Positions 19,145 through 28,425 of a stretch of 64,000 nt of DNA are shown here, in pieces. Location of the stretch: IMG/VR virus record IMGVR_UViG_2675903375_000003, positions 30,557 through 94,556 of that record. One strand, written 5' to 3'. Every line of letters starts with the position of its first letter. Position 1 is the stretch's first letter. This stretch comes from a virus (taxonomy: Duplodnaviria > Caudoviricetes). The translations under genes and the position numbers were made by a program. The notes beneath the pieces were generated by a model. The model was not told where the DNA came from. It ran no database searches and was given only the letters and a program-made list of their open reading frames with translations.

Positions 19145-19354
19145 CCCGGTTGGTGCGCCAACACCTTCCGGGCCTCTGCGGCCCTCGTACCACGGATCGG
19201 ACGCCAATCCGATCTAAGGCCCGCCGGGCGCCAACCCGAGCGAGCGACCTACAGGTTCTGCGACGAACCACCTTCACCACCGAGCGGGCTTTTTCATGTC
19301 CGCAGGACGGCAGGTACATAGTGCAGCACGCACACCCTTCTTGTCAGCTTGGCG
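19145..19354 (+). ncRNA. Structured rep leader: three hairpins with identical CGCCAA loops, terminator-like stem and downstream TTGGCG
   Basis: Loops at 19156-19161, 19202-19207, 19229-19234; AGGCCCGC/GCGGGCTT stem then T-run; TTGGCG at 19349-19354. Confidence 0.65.
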
Positions 19355-19450
19355 CTTCCCCAACGCCCGATTCGCGAGGAATCTCCCCCCGCGCGGCTGA
19401 CACCCAGTGCCCCCACACCCCACACGGCACCCCCAACCACTCCCAGCCGC

Positions 19451-19466
19451 TCGAACACTCGTACGA
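19451..19466. promoter_or_regulatory. Candidate actinobacterial LexA (SOS) box
   Basis: TCGAAC-ACTC-GTACGA vs consensus TCGAAC-N4-GTTCGA (1 mismatch). Confidence 0.45.
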
Positions 19467-19503
19467 TTACAGTGGCGGTCCCGGTCGTGGCGGACAACTC
19501 CTG

Positions 19504-20808
19504 GTGAACGCAGCTAGCCAGTGGCTGCACGCCACGACCGGCCGCATCGCCACCTGCGCCCACTCCTGGATGCAAGCCGTCCACTGGATGTCCGGCAGCG
19601 GCCTCTACACGCCCTCCCGCGCACACGGCCCGAAGTGGGGCACCACCACCCTCGCCGTCGCCCGCGAGATCAGCGCGCTCACCGAGTGCCGGCCCGGCGT
19701 CGACTACCTCGCCCGGAAGCTCCACATCTCCGAGCGCACCGTCCAGTACCACCTGGGCATGCTGCGGGAGGCCGGGCTGCTCGTGTACCGCAGCAAGGGC
19801 ACCCGCATCCACGGCGTCGGCGGTCGCGCCTCCGTCTTCGAGCGGATCATCCCCACCGTCTTCGATGAGGCTCTCGGGATCCGTACGGTCGGTGAGGGTG
19901 CAACGCGCCGCCCCGTCGGCGCCGCCCCGGAGCACCGCAAGGCCCTCGGCCAGCTCGCGAAGAAGGCCGCCCGGAAGATCCGCCGCACCCGCCGCCGCCC
20001 CACCCGGACCCCTGTTTCGGACCGGAGGCTTTGCACCCCAATGCAGGGTGGTACTTCCGGCACTTCTTCTGCGGCTGGTACTCACTCTCCCTCTGAGAGC
20101 AAGCTCGCAAGCGGGGAAGCCGAGTCGCCCACCAGGAAGTCACCGAAGCGCGGGCCCCGAACCCTGAACAAGACCGGCCGCCGCTACCAGCTCGCCCGGG
20201 AACTCATCCAGCTGGTGCCGTGGCTCGGCCGCGCTTCCGCCCCCCGCATCGCCTGGATCGTCCGGCACGTCGCTGACGCCGGATGGACAGCCCTGGAGGT
20301 CCAGGCTGTTGCCGAGTGGGAGCCCGTCCACGCCGACGACGCCCGCCGCCCCTCCGGGCTGCTCGCCTACCGGCTCGGCAACCGGCACCAGCTGTTCGAC
20401 ACCCCCGCCAAGCGCCGGACCGCCGTCCAGGTCTGGCAGGACTCCCGCGCCGCCGAGCAGGCCCGCCACAGCGGCTACGACCAGCCCGCCCGTTCCGGCG
20501 GCCCCCAGAGCGTTGCCGCGCGCCGTGCCGTCGACGAAGCCTTCAACGCCATCCGTGACCGCCTCACCGTCGACGCCGCCGACATCATCCCCGTCGAGGA
20601 GACCACCGTGCAGCTCGAGGACCTGGCCCGAGACGAGGTCATCCAGATGCGGGCCGATGCCGCACGCGACCACGGCCTGATCTTCGCCGCGATCGACCTC
20701 CTCGGCGAGCGCGATGCCCGTCGGCTCTACACCAACCGGCTCGTCGACCAGGCCCTCGCCCTCCAGGCCATCGCCGACCGCAACGCCACCTACACCCCCG
20801 CTTTCTGA
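19504..20808 (+). CDS. Putative replication initiator with wHTH (start uncertain: 19321, 19504 or 19570)
   Basis: RPGVDYLARKLHISERTVQYHLGMLREAGLL HTH; adjacent to DciA-like and par genes. Confidence 0.65.
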   Translation: MNAASQWLHATTGRIATCAHSWMQAVHWMSGSGLYTPSRAHGPKWGTTTLAVAREISALTECRPGVDYLARKLHISERTVQYHLGMLREAGLLVYRSKGTRIHGVGGRASVFERIIPTVFDEALGIRTVGEGATRRPVGAAPEHRKALGQLAKKAARKIRRTRRRPTRTPVSDRRLCTPMQGGTSGTSSAAGTHSPSESKLASGEAESPTRKSPKRGPRTLNKTGRRYQLARELIQLVPWLGRASAPRIAWIVRHVADAGWTALEVQAVAEWEPVHADDARRPSGLLAYRLGNRHQLFDTPAKRRTAVQVWQDSRAAEQARHSGYDQPARSGGPQSVAARRAVDEAFNAIRDRLTVDAADIIPVEETTVQLEDLARDEVIQMRADAARDHGLIFAAIDLLGERDARRLYTNRLVDQALALQAIADRNATYTPAF

Positions 20809-20811
20809 GGA

Positions 20812-21036
20812 TTGGACAGCACCGTGCCTGACGCACCTACGAGCGCCGATTTCTTGACCGTCCCGCTGGCCGACGGGGGGAGCTGGACCCGGCTGGACCG
20901 ACTCACGGACGGCCGTGTCATGTGCTGCCTCTGCTTCGAATACTGCACCCGAGACCAGTTGAATCCGGTGCAGGGCGGAGTCGAGGACGTCTGCAAGGGC
21001 TGCGCACGCGCCGAAGCAGAAGGAACTGGCCGATGA
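20812..21036 (+). CDS. Small Zn-finger protein
   Basis: CCLCFEYC...CKGC; coupled to the next gene. Confidence 0.55.
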   Translation: MDSTVPDAPTSADFLTVPLADGGSWTRLDRLTDGRVMCCLCFEYCTRDQLNPVQGGVEDVCKGCARAEAEGTGR

Positions 21037-21815
21037 CCCAGCAGGCATCTGGTGCCGACCTGGCCCGGCAGGCCCTCGCCGCCTACAAGGCCAGCGCCCG
21101 CACTGCTCCCACCACCAAGCCCACCCGGCCCAAGCGGAAGCGCGCCGAGCGCGGAGCCGGCCGCGACCCGCAAGGACTCGGTGCCGTCCTCGGACGCCTC
21201 ACCGCCGAACAAGGCTGGACCGGCGGCATGAACGGCGGCAGCATCCTCGACCAATGGGCCCAGCTGTGCCCCCAATACGTCGGCCTGGTCCAGCCCGCCC
21301 ACTACGACGACACCACCGGCCGCCTCGACCTCCGCCCCGGCTCCCACACCTACGCCGCCCAACTCCGTCTCCTCGGCGGGCAGCTCGCCAAGCAGATCAA
21401 CGACAAGATCGGGCGGCCCGTCGTCCGCACCATCCGCGTCCTGCCCGTCGGCACCCTGGACAGCACACCCCGCACAGAAACCCCCACCACGCCCGGCCCC
21501 GAGGCGCCGGTGAAGACCCGGGAGACCGCCCACCCCGGCTACCGGGCCACCCTCGACGCCGCCCTCGCCCACAAACCCGACCGGGCCCCCACCGACCCGT
21601 ACCTGCTCCAAGCCATCCAGCAGCAGGACCAGGCCCTGCGCGCCAAGCGCCTGCCCGAGGACGAGCACACCGAGTACCTCGCCGAACGCGAACGCCTCGA
21701 GCGGCTCGCCGGCCCTGCCCCAGGCAGCGTCGAGGCATCCCGTGCCGCCGCCCTCGCTTACAAGCGCCGCGAAGCCGCCGGACAGACCCCGCGCCGAGCC
21801 TTCGACGCCGCATGA
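21033..21815 (+). CDS. DciA/DUF721-family protein (helicase-loader-like)
   Basis: GADLARQAL...RDPQGLGAVLGRL...GW...ILDQW...YAAQLRLL...INDKIG actinobacterial DUF721 pattern. Confidence 0.8.
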   Translation: MTQQASGADLARQALAAYKASARTAPTTKPTRPKRKRAERGAGRDPQGLGAVLGRLTAEQGWTGGMNGGSILDQWAQLCPQYVGLVQPAHYDDTTGRLDLRPGSHTYAAQLRLLGGQLAKQINDKIGRPVVRTIRVLPVGTLDSTPRTETPTTPGPEAPVKTRETAHPGYRATLDAALAHKPDRAPTDPYLLQAIQQQDQALRAKRLPEDEHTEYLAERERLERLAGPAPGSVEASRAAALAYKRREAAGQTPRRAFDAA

Positions 21816-22261
21816 CCACTGCGGCGCCGCACCTGGCCCTCATCCTCGTCACCGGATCACGCACCTGGCCGGACCCGCGGCTCCTTGAGGACACGCTCCT
21901 CGACGTCTGGCACGACGCCCTCCAGGACGGCTGGGACGGCATCGAGGTGATGCACGGCCACGCCGACCACGGCGCCGACGCCATCGCCGACGCCTGGGCC
22001 ATCCGGCACGCCGTGCCCTACCGGCGGCGCCCCGCCGACTGGCCCGGCCCCTGCGCCGCCACCTGCCCGCCGGGACACCGCCGCATCAACTCCCGCGGTC
22101 GCCCCTACTGCCCGCTCGCCGGCCACCGCCGCAACCAGGCCATGGTCGACGAACAGCCCCTCCTCGTCGTCGCCGCCTCCCATAACCGGTCCACCGGCAC
22201 CGCCGACTGCATGCGCCGAGCCAAGGCCGCCGACATCCCCGTCCACCTGATCACTGTCTGA
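21812..22261 (+). CDS. SLOG-family (DUF2493/YspA-like) nucleotide-binding protein
   Basis: ILVTGSRTW, MHG..GADAIA, RRNQAMVD, GTADC. Confidence 0.8.
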   Translation: MTTAAPHLALILVTGSRTWPDPRLLEDTLLDVWHDALQDGWDGIEVMHGHADHGADAIADAWAIRHAVPYRRRPADWPGPCAATCPPGHRRINSRGRPYCPLAGHRRNQAMVDEQPLLVVAASHNRSTGTADCMRRAKAADIPVHLITV

Positions 22262-22329
22262 GCGGAGGGAACGGTTCACGGCATCTGGTGCACGGTGGTC
22301 GCGATCACCCGCACAAAGGAGACCAGCCC

Positions 22330-22539
22330 ATGGCCAACACCCCGCCCGGCATGTGCCTGCTGCACGCCGACTTCCACCCCATGGGACAGGACTGCTGGCA
22401 GACCTGCACCGACTGGTACCTCGCCCACACCGAACTGCCCGAACAGGACCGCCGAGACCGGTACCAGTGGGAAGTGGAACGCGCGATCCTCGACCAGCAC
22501 ATCCGGGCGCTCAACCCCACCCTCACACTGGCCGTCTGA
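22330..22539 (+). CDS. Hypothetical protein
   Basis: AAAGGAG RBS. Confidence 0.55.
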   Translation: MANTPPGMCLLHADFHPMGQDCWQTCTDWYLAHTELPEQDRRDRYQWEVERAILDQHIRALNPTLTLAV

Positions 22540-22714
22540 CCGTCCGAAGCCACTGCCCGTCCACCAGCCGAAGGCCCGCCGATGCCCGCCACCGCCACAC
22601 CCCCCAGACCCGCCTACCCGCGGCCTCCCCTGCACCACCAGCACGACGTCCTGTTCCGCGAGCCCGTCTACGCCGACGGCGGCCCCTACGAGCAGGACGA
22701 CGAGGACGGCGAGT

Positions 22715-22787
22715 AGGTGGTGACCAAATGGTCACCACCTTTGGGTCAGATAGACGACAAGGTGGTGACCATTTGGTCACCACCTTG
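22715..22787. repeat. Two near-identical perfect palindromes, candidate parS centromere
   Basis: AGGTGGTGACCA-AA-TGGTCACCACCT (22715-22740) and CAAGGTGGTGACCA-TT-TGGTCACCACCTTG (22758-22787), centres 45 bp apart, just downstream of the par operon. Confidence 0.75.
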
Positions 22788-22810
22788 AAATGCCGCCCGA
22801 CCGCCGTTCG

Positions 22811-23746
22811 CTACCCCAAGTTCCCGGACAGTTCCTCCAGCAGCTCCCGGACCGCGTTCTCCAGCTCCTCCGCCTGACGGCGCGCCTGGTCGGGGTCCTT
22901 CTCCGCCAGAGCCCGGATCCGTTCCACCGCACGCAGAGACTCACTCGGCCGCGACACCGTCCTCAGGCCCGCGGTCTCCTTCCCCTCGTCCAGCGCGGGC
23001 AGCTCCTTCGGCGGGGCGTAGCCCAGGAAGTTCGCCGCCTGCTTCAGCGCCGTGTCGGTGACGTTCCCGTGCCGGGCCGCCTCCTCCCACGTCCTTCGGA
23101 CAGCCTGCGCCCCGTGGGTATCCAGGATCGGCACCAGCACCCGAAGCGGCCGCTCCTTCAACTCCTGGGTGGTGATGTCCTCGAGGGCCTGGGCCACGCC
23201 GAGCACGCGGATGATGTTGTTGGCCTGGTGCTTCTTGATCTGGAACCGGGCGTCGGTCAGGTCACCGAACGTCTCGAACCCCGCGGTCTTGTGCAGTTCC
23301 TCCTCCTTCACCGCGCGCAGCCGCAGCCCCAGCCCGATCAGCCGCTGCTGCTCGGCGCGTTCGTGGTTGGCGCGTGCCGCGTACTGCACGGCGAAGATGC
23401 CGCGGGAGTAGAACTCCAGGCGATCGGCGGGGTCTTCGCTGTCCGGCTCGGTGAACTCCGGCATGGGCAGGTACCCGGTATCCGCCGCCCGCGCGGTCAC
23501 CGGTTCCGTGACGGCGGGCACCTCGCTGAGTGCCGCGGCCTCGGCTACCACCTGAGGGGCCTGCGCAGGAACTACCGCCGCCGGCGCTACCGGGGCAGCG
23601 GCAGGCAGCACAGCGGCCGCCTGCTGTTCACGCAGCCTGCGCTGGTTGTCCTCCCACTGCCGCAGCTGCTCCTCGCGGGAATCGTCCCCGCCCCCCTGGC
23701 CGCCGACCACCGGAATCGGCGGCGGCACCTTCTTCCTGGCGCTCAC
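22811..23746 (-). CDS. Partition partner of ParA (non-canonical ParB-like DNA-binding protein)
   Basis: GTGA-coupled to parA; basic N-terminal peptide, low-complexity linker, HTH-like FETFGDLTDARFQIKKHQANNII. Confidence 0.65.
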   Translation of the reverse strand: MSARKKVPPPIPVVGGQGGGDDSREEQLRQWEDNQRRLREQQAAAVLPAAAPVAPAAVVPAQAPQVVAEAAALSEVPAVTEPVTARAADTGYLPMPEFTEPDSEDPADRLEFYSRGIFAVQYAARANHERAEQQRLIGLGLRLRAVKEEELHKTAGFETFGDLTDARFQIKKHQANNIIRVLGVAQALEDITTQELKERPLRVLVPILDTHGAQAVRRTWEEAARHGNVTDTALKQAANFLGYAPPKELPALDEGKETAGLRTVSRPSESLRAVERIRALAEKDPDQARRQAEELENAVRELLEELSGNLG

Positions 23747-24900
23747 GCCGCAAGCTCCTTCGCCAGCGCCCGCATCACCTCGGCCTGCCCGGAGTCCGGC
23801 GCATGCTCCAGCAGCGGCACCTGATAGTCCGACGCCTCCCGGCCCTCGATCGCGTCCTTCAGCGTGGCCAGCACACCGGGAGTGGTCAGCTCGTTCCAGC
23901 CGTCGTAGAAGGACCGGGTGACCACGCCCTTGCGGAAGTCGTAGGCGTTGACGACGAACCCGAGCTGGTCGACGACGGCGCCGGTCATCCGGCAGTGCGT
24001 GCCGATCTGCTCGTTCAGCATCTCGTAAGCGTCGAACGAGGACCGGTCCGACCAGACCGGCATCAGGATCCCCGAGTGGTCGATGAGCTCGCCCGGCCGG
24101 CGCTGCACGTAGTTGATGGCGAGGTCTATGGCCAGCCCCAGGTTCGGGGGCCCGTCCAGGATGACGGCGTCGTAGGAGCCCTCGAGCGGAGCCAGCGCGC
24201 GAGCCAGGCAGGTGTCGCGGCCGACTTGGAGCAGCGCCAGCTTGGCATCCATCAGGAAGGCGTCCTTGGACGCGGGCAGGACGTGCAGGCGGCCCCCGAA
24301 CCTCTCGTGGGGGAGAGCGACCAGGGAGCGAGCGAGGTGCTTGTCGGCCTCGCCGAGCATGTGCTTGAGGAGGCTGTCGGAGCCCGCAGGCAGGCCGGGG
24401 ATCTGCAGGCGGCTGGTCAGGTGGCCTTGCGGGTCGTAGTCGACCAGGAGGACACGCTGCCCGGCCTCGGCCATGGCCTGGGCCAGGCCAGAGGCGACGA
24501 ACGTCTTGCCGACGCCGCCCTTCTGATTGCCCACCAGGATCCGCTTCACCGGCTGCGACACCAGACGCTGGTCGGGGGAGGGGTGGAGGCAGAGCCAGTG
24601 GACGATGGCCTGCGCCATGCCCTGCACCTTCGTGATGCCGCGGGTTTCGCAGTCTTGCGCGAACCGGGCGGGCAGGCCCGCCGGCAGGAAGACCCCCCAC
24701 GACTTGGAGCCCTTGGTGTCGATCGTCTCGAACGGCGAAGCGCCTGTGTCGGTCTCCAGCCACAGGGTGACGGCGTTGGTTGCGGCGTCCTGCATGTTGA
24801 GGCCGTGCTCGGCGGCACGGATCCGCAGGTCTCTGCGTAGCTCTGGCGTGAGATTGACGAGCAACTTTTCGCGTGCTTCGTCGTTGATCGGGTTCGTCAT
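23743..24900 (-). CDS. parA: ParA-family partition ATPase with N-terminal tandem RHH-like domains
   Basis: Deviant Walker A NQKGGVGKT; LVDYDPQG; ILDGPP. Confidence 0.92.
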   Translation of the reverse strand: MTNPINDEAREKLLVNLTPELRRDLRIRAAEHGLNMQDAATNAVTLWLETDTGASPFETIDTKGSKSWGVFLPAGLPARFAQDCETRGITKVQGMAQAIVHWLCLHPSPDQRLVSQPVKRILVGNQKGGVGKTFVASGLAQAMAEAGQRVLLVDYDPQGHLTSRLQIPGLPAGSDSLLKHMLGEADKHLARSLVALPHERFGGRLHVLPASKDAFLMDAKLALLQVGRDTCLARALAPLEGSYDAVILDGPPNLGLAIDLAINYVQRRPGELIDHSGILMPVWSDRSSFDAYEMLNEQIGTHCRMTGAVVDQLGFVVNAYDFRKGVVTRSFYDGWNELTTPGVLATLKDAIEGREASDYQVPLLEHAPDSGQAEVMRALAKELAA

Positions 24901-25655
24901 GGCGAGCAAATTACCAGGCGCCCCGGGGGTGGCCGGGTAACAGGCCGATGAACGTGCCCGTGTCGACGGCAGCATGACGGGACGACCTGCCCTGCGGCCT
25001 CGGCGCAGCACGCCGGGTAGGTCGTGTTTGCCGGGGTTTCTGAGTCACCCACTCGGGTGATCAACCCGCCCCCCTCTATCCCGGCCGCCCGAGTCCCCGG
25101 TTGGGTGGCCCGAGGCCGATCCGTGCGGGAATCGGCCATACCCGCTGGGGGAGTGGCGGCCGATCGCAGCCGACCGGACACACCACTCCTCCAGCGCTAT
25201 GAACCCCCGCCCACACCCCGCACACCACCCCCACACAACAACGGGGGAATGCGTCTACCTGCATGACCAGTGAAGTGATTACACTGCCGTCATCTGACGG
25301 GCATGCCCCGTGAGGTCTCACGGCCCCCGCGGGCCTTTCTCCTGGGTGCGTTGTCGGCAACACCGTCTCCTCGGACCCTGCCTGCGGGGGCCCACCTGCG
25401 TGCTGACAGCATCAAGGTGGGCGGATCGTGGCCGCACCGTCACCCCTAGCAGCAAACGACAACAATGGCGCATTAAGACACGGTCAAGAGTGAGTCTGGC
25501 CTTACCCGGAAACCGTATTCAGTGCCACAGTGGCATTCCCCGGGTGCGGACTGGCAGCCGACACCCACCAGCGGGGCCCGAGCGCTGACCACGCCACGGG
25601 TAGACGTAGACAACGCCCTTCCCACCCCACGCTGCCAGAGGAGCGGAGACGCAGC

Positions 25656-26042
25656 ATGCCCTCAGCGTCGAACCCGCCCGGTCCCCCCTCCTCCCCCGGA
25701 GGGGACGTCATCCACCTCAGCGGCCGCCGCGGCCCCCGGCCCAGCGGACCGGTGGCCCCGATCGGAGGCAACGCCGCGTACGAACCACACCCCGAACCCG
25801 CGCTCCCCGGCTCCGACCCGCTGAACGAACTCGCCCTCACCGTCGAAGCCCTGTTCCGCTCCCAGCAGCGGACCCTCACCAACGAGGCGACCGCCGGCGA
25901 CTACGGCATCACCCTCACCGCCGTCGAACTCATGATGCAGGGGGCACTCGCCCGCGGCATCATCACCGCCGACAGCCACATCCAGATCCACGGCATGCTC
26001 GAAGGAATGCGCGCCGCCGCCCAGTTGGTGACCCCCGACTGA
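25656..26042 (+). CDS. Hypothetical protein
   Basis: GGAG RBS; GC3-rich frame. Confidence 0.55.
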   Translation: MPSASNPPGPPSSPGGDVIHLSGRRGPRPSGPVAPIGGNAAYEPHPEPALPGSDPLNELALTVEALFRSQQRTLTNEATAGDYGITLTAVELMMQGALARGIITADSHIQIHGMLEGMRAAAQLVTPD

Positions 26043-26297
26043 CCAGCACATACGGAATAACTGTCACTGGTTGTGAATGTACGGCAGGCTGATGACCTGT
26101 CAGTTGTGACGAAACGGGCACAACTGAACGCGCGGGGTTCAGTCGTTCTCACGTTCTGTTCAACACAGCGCCCATACATGCCATAGTGGGGCGTCCGGAA
26201 GCACCGGAGTGCACACCTCCGGCCCCGGCGCGCGCCCCTGCCACCCCACGGCACCGCTCCGCGCACCCCCGGGGCCACACCGTGGATAGGGGACGCC

Positions 26298-26873
26298 ATG
26301 GCAACAGGGGACGTCACAGGGGACCAGGACGCCGCCACCGCAGCACGACAACTCACCCTCATCGCCACCGCCTACACCCGCCGAAAAACCGGCCGCGGCG
26401 ACGTCACACAACACAGCACCCGATCCACCGGACCCGCCCACGCCCCCCTGCCCATCGACCCCGGCATCGTCGAACACATGCAGGCATGCGTCGCCGAAGT
26501 CATCACCCACACCCGGGCCGCCGCCCCCACCGCACCACCCGCGCCCGCCGACAGCGCCGTCTACGAATGGATGCGCGACCACACCCGCAGCCTCGACGCC
26601 CACCGCCAGGCCGCCGCCGAAACCATCGTCTACCGGCAGACCCTCGAACACGCCATCGCCATGGGCGACCACAGCGTCGTCCGCCGCCACCCCTGCCCCG
26701 CCTGCCACTGCTACGGCCTGTTTTGGCGCCCCCTGGCGGGGAAGGCGGCATGCGCGAACCGTAAGTGCCCCGATCCCAGCGGTGACGGACTGGCCCGCAC
26801 CTGGTCCCTCGCCCACCTCGCACACCTCCACGTGCAAGCCCGAAAAGAATCATCAGCCCGCCACGCAACCTGA
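26298..26873 (+). CDS. Hypothetical protein with C-terminal Zn finger
   Basis: CPAC...CANRKC. Confidence 0.6.
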   Translation: MATGDVTGDQDAATAARQLTLIATAYTRRKTGRGDVTQHSTRSTGPAHAPLPIDPGIVEHMQACVAEVITHTRAAAPTAPPAPADSAVYEWMRDHTRSLDAHRQAAAETIVYRQTLEHAIAMGDHSVVRRHPCPACHCYGLFWRPLAGKAACANRKCPDPSGDGLARTWSLAHLAHLHVQARKESSARHAT

Positions 26874-27007
26874 GCCCCGCCTCAGCAGTCCAACCCCCAG
26901 CACCACCCGCACATCACCACACCCCACACCCGGCCCCGCATCCAGCAGGGGGCCACCACCCTGAGGCCGGTCGGAGCTGCGAACGACGGCCGCCGAAGGA
27001 GACCCAC

Positions 27008-27247
27008 ATGGCCGCCACCAGCCCGGCCCCCGCCCACTCCGACCTGGTCACCGTCGAGGAAGCCGTCGAGCTGTTCCGGGAGACCCCCCACCCGGTGTCC
27101 GTGACCACACTGAAGCGGTGGATCCGCAAGCACCGTCTCAGCGTCACCCCCGAGCCCTGGCCGGGCCGCGCCAACCGGGTCTCCTACAGCGACCTCCTCG
27201 AAGTCCACCGCGACGAGATCGGCCGCCGCGAGCAGGCCGCCGGCTGA
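27008..27247 (+). CDS. Small MerR/excisionase-like HTH DNA-binding protein
   Basis: GAAGGAG RBS; LVTVEEAVELF...VSVTTLKRWIRK. Confidence 0.7.
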   Translation: MAATSPAPAHSDLVTVEEAVELFRETPHPVSVTTLKRWIRKHRLSVTPEPWPGRANRVSYSDLLEVHRDEIGRREQAAG

Positions 27248-27295
27248 CCCACCACCGCCTGCGGCCGGCCCCACCCGGCACCCCTCCGTGTGAAC

Positions 27296-27334
27296 GAAGT
27301 CCCCGCCCCGGCACCCCGGGGGGCGGGGACTTTC
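27296..27334 (+). terminator. Intrinsic terminator
   Basis: AAGTCCCCGCCCC/GGGGCGGGGACTT stem followed by T-run. Confidence 0.7.
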
Positions 27335-27358
27335 TCATGCCACACCACAGTGCAGACT

Positions 27359-27389
27359 ATTGCGCCCGCAATGCGTCACGGGTTATTGT
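27359..27389 (+). promoter_or_regulatory. Promoter with ATTGCGCCCGCAAT operator over the -35
   Basis: TTGCGC-18-TATTGT; operator 27359-27372. Confidence 0.7.
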
Positions 27390-27460
27390 GGTCGTGCCGA
27401 CAGCGCAACAAGCCTCCTCACCAGGCATGTTCGCACCCGTCACACCACCCAGGAGCACCC

Positions 27461-27793
27461 GTGGCCGTGATGACCCATGCCCCGAACCGCACCGAAGCCG
27501 ACTACACCGCCCTCACCCACGCGGACCAGGCCAAGTTCGACCACCTCATGGACCTCGCCGACGACACCGCCGACCACGGCGAATTCACGGCCCTCATGCT
27601 CGCCGCCGCCTACGTCACCGGACTCGACATCCCCTACGGCGCCGAGATCCGCAAGTGCGGCTGCTCCTGCTACTGCGGCACCGTCTTCAACCCCGCCGAC
27701 CCCGACGCCCACGTCATCGAGGAGACCGGCGGCTACAACCTCGGCCGCGTCCAGTGCCCCACCTGCGCCGACACCCACCGCGAAACCGCCTGA
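27461..27793 (+). CDS. Zn-binding hypothetical protein
   Basis: AGGAG RBS; CGCSCYC...CPTC. Confidence 0.6.
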   Translation: MAVMTHAPNRTEADYTALTHADQAKFDHLMDLADDTADHGEFTALMLAAAYVTGLDIPYGAEIRKCGCSCYCGTVFNPADPDAHVIEETGGYNLGRVQCPTCADTHRETA

Positions 27794-28350
27794 TGGCAAC
27801 CCAGAACGGAACCACACCGATGGCCACCGACCCCACCAAGCACCTCCTCGGCTACGGCCGACGAGACGCCGCAACAGGCATGCTGCACGGCCACATCCGC
27901 TGGCCCCACGGAACCACGCCCAACCCCTACGGCTGCCGCTGGTGCGGCGACGACCAGAACAGCCACGGTCGCCAGTGGACGGCCGGACACGGAATGCACA
28001 GCTGGCAGAAGCCCACCGAGGCGCAGATCAAGGCCCGCATGCTGGCGCGCCGGAACGCCAGGAAGGCGGTGTGCCGGTGCCCGCAGGACGACGACATGCC
28101 GCGTCCGTTCGCGCCGGTGGTGGACCCGTACTCGTGCGAGGCCGCCGACTGTCACGGCTCCTTCTCGGAGCTGAGCCCGTTCGGGGGAGGCCCGGTCCAC
28201 GGGCACGACGCCAAGGTGTCCCGCACCTGCGGCCAGTGCGGCTACCGGACGTCGGTCTGGCACGTCAACGACGGATCAGCGGAGGAAGAACTCCACCGCC
28301 ACATCACCCGCGTCCACAACTCCCACCCCGTCGACCAGACCGCCGCCTGA
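27793..28350 (+). CDS. Multi-Zn-finger hypothetical protein
   Basis: TGATG overlap; CRWC..H, CGQC...H..H. Confidence 0.6.
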   Translation: MATQNGTTPMATDPTKHLLGYGRRDAATGMLHGHIRWPHGTTPNPYGCRWCGDDQNSHGRQWTAGHGMHSWQKPTEAQIKARMLARRNARKAVCRCPQDDDMPRPFAPVVDPYSCEAADCHGSFSELSPFGGGPVHGHDAKVSRTCGQCGYRTSVWHVNDGSAEEELHRHITRVHNSHPVDQTAA

Positions 28351-28425
28351 CCCACACCAGGCTCCCCGGCCGCGCACGACACCGCCTCTGCGCGGTCGGG
28401 TGAACAACCCCGCCAGGAGACCCTC

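Noticed and set aside
24901-25655. 750-bp non-coding gap as an origin with iterons
   Set aside because: No convincing repeats or AT-rich unwinding element found by eye.
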